Positions 60,009 through 64,000 of a stretch of DNA of 64,000 bases are shown in pieces. Made by a program: the position numbers and the translations under genes. The DNA is taken from assembly GCA_031459625.1 (NCBI GenBank), contig JAVKIH010000010.1:1-64000 (forward strand). Direction: 5' to 3'. Below the pieces are notes generated by a model. It did no database searches. It had not been told where the DNA came from and saw only the letters and a list, made by a program, of their open reading frames with translations. This stretch comes from Candidatus Geohabitans tengchongensis (GTDB lineage: Bacteria > Sysuimicrobiota > Sysuimicrobiia > Sysuimicrobiales > Humicultoraceae). Each line of letters opens with the position of its first letter. Position 1 is the stretch's first letter.

Positions 60009-60787
60009 GGCGGGCGGTCGGAGGGCCCGATGCGCCGGCAGGGCGGGCGCGCCTCGCCGCCTGGGCACAGACCGCGGCCGCGCTGCTGCCGCTCCTCCTC
60101 CTGTGGGAGGCCCTGGGGCGGGCGCAGGTCTCCCTCTTCGTGCCTCCCCTTGAGGCCATCGCCCGCGCCTGGGTCGAGGAGGTCGTCACCGGGCGCCTGT
60201 GGCGCGCTCTGGCCACCAGCCTGGACGCCCTGGTCACCGGCTACGGCCTCGCGGTGCTGGTGGGCATCCCGCTCGGGCTGCTCATGGGACGGTCGTGGGC
60301 GGTGCAGGTCGCAGCCGACCCCTTCGTGAACACCCTGATGTCCGCCCCCCTCTCCGCGCTGGTGCCGGTGCTCATCGTCATCTTCGGCGTCCGGGAGACC
60401 GTGGTCACCGCCACCGTCTTCCTCTTCAGCGTCTTCATCGTCGTCGTAAACGCCCGCGCCGGGACGCAGGTGCTGGACCGGTCCCTCGTCGAGATGGCCC
60501 GGGCGTTCGGGGCCTCCCCGTGGCAGGTGTTCCAGAAGGTCGCCCTGTGGGCGGCGCTGCCGGCCATTATGGTCGGGCTGCGCCTGGGCGCGCTGCAGGC
60601 GGTCAAGGGGATGGTGGTGGGGGAGATCCTGATCGCGGTCACCGGGCTGGGGGAGCGCCTCATCTACTACGGCAACACCTTCCTGATACCGCACCTCTAT
60701 GCGGCCATCCTGACCGTGCTGCTGCTGGCCCTGGGGGCCTCGCAGCTCGTCCTGGCCGCCGACCGGCTGCTGGTGCGCTGGAAGTGA
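60005..60787 (+). CDS. ABC permease
   Basis: LVEMARAFGAS and GMVVGEI..TGLG motifs. Confidence 0.88.
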   Translation: MRRAVGGPDAPAGRARLAAWAQTAAALLPLLLLWEALGRAQVSLFVPPLEAIARAWVEEVVTGRLWRALATSLDALVTGYGLAVLVGIPLGLLMGRSWAVQVAADPFVNTLMSAPLSALVPVLIVIFGVRETVVTATVFLFSVFIVVVNARAGTQVLDRSLVEMARAFGASPWQVFQKVALWAALPAIMVGLRLGALQAVKGMVVGEILIAVTGLGERLIYYGNTFLIPHLYAAILTVLLLALGASQLVLAADRLLVRWK

Positions 60788-60803
60788 GCCGAGAGGGGTA
60801 GCG

Positions 60804-61850
60804 GTGGCCGGGATGCGCGTCGACGCCCACGTCCACTACGTCTCGCCGCGGGTCTTCGCCGTGCTGCGTCGTGACGCGGCCCGGTACGGCGTGACGTACC
60901 TGGAGACCCCCGCCCCGCAGGTCCACCTCCCCGACGTCCCGCTGGCGCGGCCGATCCTCCCGGCGCTCTCCGACCTGGACGGCCTGCGCGCCCACCGCCA
61001 CCGCCAGGGCCTCGACCGGCTGGTCCTCGGCCCGCTCATGGACCTGGCGGGCTACGGCCTGCCCGTCGAGCAGGGCGCCCTCCTGAGCCGCCTGGTGAAC
61101 GAGAGCCTGGCCGCCGACCTGGCTGCGGCGGAGGCCTGCTGGGGGCTGGCCACCGTGCCGCTCCAGGACGGCGACGCGGCCGCCGCGGAGCTGCGCTACG
61201 CCGTGCGGCACCTCGGCCTGCGGGGCGCCATGATCGACACCAACGTGCGCGGCCGCAGCCTCGCCCAGGCGCCCCTCGAGCCGTTCTGGGCGGAGGCGCA
61301 GGCGCTGGGGGTCCCGGTGGTCCTCCACCCCTTCGCCGTCCCGGCGCTGGAGCGGCTCCGCCCCTACTACCTGCACAATGTCGTGGGCTACCCGTTGGAG
61401 ACCACGCTGGCCGCGGCGGAGCTGGTCTTCGGCGGCGTGCTGCGGCGGTTTCCAGGTCTCCGCGTCGTCCTGGTCCACGGGGGCGGGTTCCTGCCGTACC
61501 AGATCGGCCGGCTGGAGCGGGCGTACCGGGCCCGGGAGGAGGCGCGGGTGCACCTCGACGTCTCCCCGGCGCAGTTCCTGCAGGCCTTCTACTACGACGC
61601 CCTCACCCACCACCCCGCCGCCCTGCGGTTCCTGGTGGAGCAGGTCGGGGCGGCGCGGGTGCTGCTGGGCAGCGACTACCCCTTCAGCATGGCCGATCCG
61701 GCGCCGGGGGCGACGCTGGACGCGGCGGGGCTTGCGCCCGAGGCGCGGCAGATGGTCGCGGGGGGGACGGCACTGGCGCTGTTCGCACCCCGTACCGGGG
61801 CACCGGCGGGCCCCCGCCCGGCGGGCCCTCACCATGGAGAGGAGGAGTGA
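60804..61850 (+). CDS. Amidohydro_2-family (ACMSD-like) decarboxylase/hydrolase
   Basis: DAHVH, LHP, VHGGG..PYQIGR and GSDYPF motifs. Confidence 0.88.
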   Translation: MAGMRVDAHVHYVSPRVFAVLRRDAARYGVTYLETPAPQVHLPDVPLARPILPALSDLDGLRAHRHRQGLDRLVLGPLMDLAGYGLPVEQGALLSRLVNESLAADLAAAEACWGLATVPLQDGDAAAAELRYAVRHLGLRGAMIDTNVRGRSLAQAPLEPFWAEAQALGVPVVLHPFAVPALERLRPYYLHNVVGYPLETTLAAAELVFGGVLRRFPGLRVVLVHGGGFLPYQIGRLERAYRAREEARVHLDVSPAQFLQAFYYDALTHHPAALRFLVEQVGAARVLLGSDYPFSMADPAPGATLDAAGLAPEARQMVAGGTALALFAPRTGAPAGPRPAGPHHGEEE

Positions 61851-61853
61851 CCC

Positions 61854-62945
61854 ATGCAGGTCGGCAGACGGTTCTGTGCGCTGGTCCTGGCCGTCCTCGT
61901 GCTGGCGACGGCGGCCGCATCCACGGCAGGGGCGGGCCAGGCGGCCACCCGGGTGGCCTTCATCTACGTGGGCCCCATCGGCGACGCCGGCTGGACCTAC
62001 CAGCACGACCAGGCGCGCCGCCACCTGGAGCGCACGCTGGGCGTGCAGACGCGCTACGTGGAGTCGGTCCCGGAGACGGCCGAGGTGGCCCGGGTGATGG
62101 AGCAGTTCATCCGCCAGGGCTACCGCATCATCTTCGCCACCGCCTTCGGCTACCAGACCTTCGGCCTGCAGGTGGCCCGCCGCCACCCCGACGTGCGCAT
62201 CATCGGCATCGGGCCGGCCATCGGGCTGGCGCCCAACGTGAAGACCATCTACGGGCGCATCTGGGAGGGGCGCTACCTGACCGGCCTCGTGGCCGGGAAG
62301 ATGACCCGCACCAACACCATCGGCTTCGTCGCCGCCCACCCCATCAGCACCGTCGTGGCCGGTGTGAACGCCTTCGCCCTCGGCGTGTGGTCCGTGAACC
62401 CCAACGCGCGCATCCGGGTGGTGTGGACGCGCACCTGGTACGACCCGCCCAAGGAGAAGTCCGCCGCCAAGGCGCTGCTCGATGCCGGCGCGGACGTCAT
62501 CGCCCAGCACCAGGACACCCCGAGCGCCCTCCAGGCCGCGGCCGAGGAGGGGAAGTGGGGGATCGGCTCCGAGTCCAACATGCAGCGCTTCGCCCCCCGC
62601 GCCTACCTCACCGGCACCATCTGGGACTGGCGGGCGGTGGACGAGGCGATCGTGCGGGGCATCCAGCGGGGGCAGTTCCGCTCCGAGGACTACTACGGCG
62701 GGCTCGCCGACCGCATGGTCTCGCTCGGCCCCTTCCACCCCGACGTGCCCGCGGACGTGCGGCGCCTGGTGGACGAGCGGCGGCGCGGCATCATCGCCGG
62801 GACCTTCCAGATCTTCAAGGGGCCGCTGGCCGACCAGAACGGCCGTGAGCGCGTCCCCAAGGGCAGGGTGATGACCCTGAAGGAGATCCTCGCCTTCAAC
62901 TGGCTGCTGCGCGGCATCGAGGGGCAGCCCCCGACGGCGCGGTAG
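61854..62945 (+). CDS. BMP-family (nucleoside/nucleobase) ABC substrate-binding protein
   Basis: YVGPIGDAGWTYQH, TAFGY, TWYDP.KE and QHQD motifs. Confidence 0.92.
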   Translation: MQVGRRFCALVLAVLVLATAAASTAGAGQAATRVAFIYVGPIGDAGWTYQHDQARRHLERTLGVQTRYVESVPETAEVARVMEQFIRQGYRIIFATAFGYQTFGLQVARRHPDVRIIGIGPAIGLAPNVKTIYGRIWEGRYLTGLVAGKMTRTNTIGFVAAHPISTVVAGVNAFALGVWSVNPNARIRVVWTRTWYDPPKEKSAAKALLDAGADVIAQHQDTPSALQAAAEEGKWGIGSESNMQRFAPRAYLTGTIWDWRAVDEAIVRGIQRGQFRSEDYYGGLADRMVSLGPFHPDVPADVRRLVDERRRGIIAGTFQIFKGPLADQNGRERVPKGRVMTLKEILAFNWLLRGIEGQPPTAR

Positions 62946-62948
62946 CCT

Positions 62949-64000
62949 GTGGGAGCGGCCGAGCGCCCGCTGCGGGTGCGCGCGCCGGCGGCCGGCGCGG
63001 CCCGGTCCGCGGGTCCCGCTTCCCCCGCCTGGGCGGAGGGGGCGGTGCTCCGCGCCGGTGGTGTGGCGGCGGCGCTGCTGGTGGGCGCGGCGCTGCTCGC
63101 CGCCACTGGGCACGACCCCTGGACCGCCTACCGGGAGATGGCCGTCGGCGCCTTCGGGTCGGCCTACGCCTGGGAGCAGACCCTGGTGAAGGCCATCCCG
63201 CTGGCGCTCACCGGGCTGGGGGTAGCGCTGGCCTTCACGATGGGGCTGTGGAACATCGGCGCGGAAGGCCAGCTCCTCGTGGGGGCGCTCGCCGCCTCCT
63301 GGCTGGCGCTGGCCGGTCCGGCGCTGCCACCCGCGGCGGCGGTGCCCGCTCTGATGCTCCTCGGCGCCGCCGGCGGGGCGCTGTGGGCGCTCGGCCCCGC
63401 ACTGCTGCGGGCCTACGCCGGGGTGAGCGAGATCATCTCCACCCTCATGCTCAACTACGTCGCCGCGCTGTGGGTGGACTACCTGGTCTTCGGCGCCTGG
63501 GCCGACCCGGCGGCGTTCAGCTTCCCGTACTCCCGCCCCTTCCCGGAAGGGATGCGCTTCCCCCTGCTCGTCGGCGAGGTCCACCTGGGAGCTCTCCTGG
63601 CGCTGGTGCTGGCCGCCCTGCTGGCCTGGGCGGTGCGCCGCACGCGCTGGGGGTTCGAGGTGCGGGCCATCGGGGCCGGAGCGGAGGCGGCGCACGCCGC
63701 GGGAGTGGCCGTGCGGCGCTATGTCCTGGGGGTGATGGCCGTGAGCGGCGCCCTGGCGGGGCTGGCGGGCGTGGGGGAGGTGGCCGGCGTGGTCCACCGC
63801 CTCCAGCAGGGGCTCTCACCGGGCTACGGGTTCAGCGCCATCATCGTCGCCTGGCTGGCCGGGCTCCACCCCTGGGCCGTGGTGGCCGTGGCGGTGCTCT
63901 TCGCCGGGCTGCTCAACGGCGGGTTCGTCATCCAGACCGCCGGGGTGCCCGCGGCCATCGCCGCGATGCTGCAGGCGCTCATCCTGTTCTTCGTGCTGGC
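62949..64000 (+). CDS. Nucleoside-type ABC permease, 3'-partial
   Basis: WNIGAEGQL, EIISTLMLNY and GYGFSAIIVAWL motifs; runs off the window end. Confidence 0.9.
   Translation, partial: MGAAERPLRVRAPAAGAARSAGPASPAWAEGAVLRAGGVAAALLVGAALLAATGHDPWTAYREMAVGAFGSAYAWEQTLVKAIPLALTGLGVALAFTMGLWNIGAEGQLLVGALAASWLALAGPALPPAAAVPALMLLGAAGGALWALGPALLRAYAGVSEIISTLMLNYVAALWVDYLVFGAWADPAAFSFPYSRPFPEGMRFPLLVGEVHLGALLALVLAALLAWAVRRTRWGFEVRAIGAGAEAAHAAGVAVRRYVLGVMAVSGALAGLAGVGEVAGVVHRLQQGLSPGYGFSAIIVAWLAGLHPWAVVAVAVLFAGLLNGGFVIQTAGVPAAIAAMLQALILFFVL

Overview
Very GC-rich bacterial DNA, probably chromosomal; the taxon cannot be fixed from sequence alone. Left to right: (1) the 3' end of an IS256-family element that interrupts a repeat of a type I-G-like CRISPR array (6 full repeats, 1 truncated, 6 spacers, no cas genes in the window), then rmuC, an in-frame MNT-HEPN fusion and a Uma2 nuclease; (2) a LIV-type ABC importer divergent from a partial 4-hydroxyphenylacetate/homoprotocatechuate operon (hpaI-E-B-C-D plus an amidase); (3) a truncated LuxR-type regulator, a frameshifted sat and the gnd-zwf-opcA-pgl operon; (4) a visibly lower-GC island with a tripartite tricarboxylate transporter, Ldh_2 oxidoreductase, HpcH-like aldolase, cupin and GntR regulator; (5) a CtaA-CtaB fusion followed by CoA-transferase, ABC transporter, HMG-CoA-lyase-family and LeuCD-like genes, resembling a citraconate/(R)-citramalate catabolic route; (6) a degenerate second MNT-HEPN fusion and a DUF222-like HNH nuclease gene bracketed by 20-bp palindromes with upstream repeat arrays; (7) a cluster of at least 18 kb with a molybdenum hydroxylase, amidohydrolases and several ABC systems, in which several enzymes have non-canonical active sites, probably for an uncharacterised N-heterocycle. 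The best novelty candidates are the palindrome-bracketed HNH element, the citramalate-type operon and the heterocycle cluster. All calls come from motif recognition by eye; no database searches were run.
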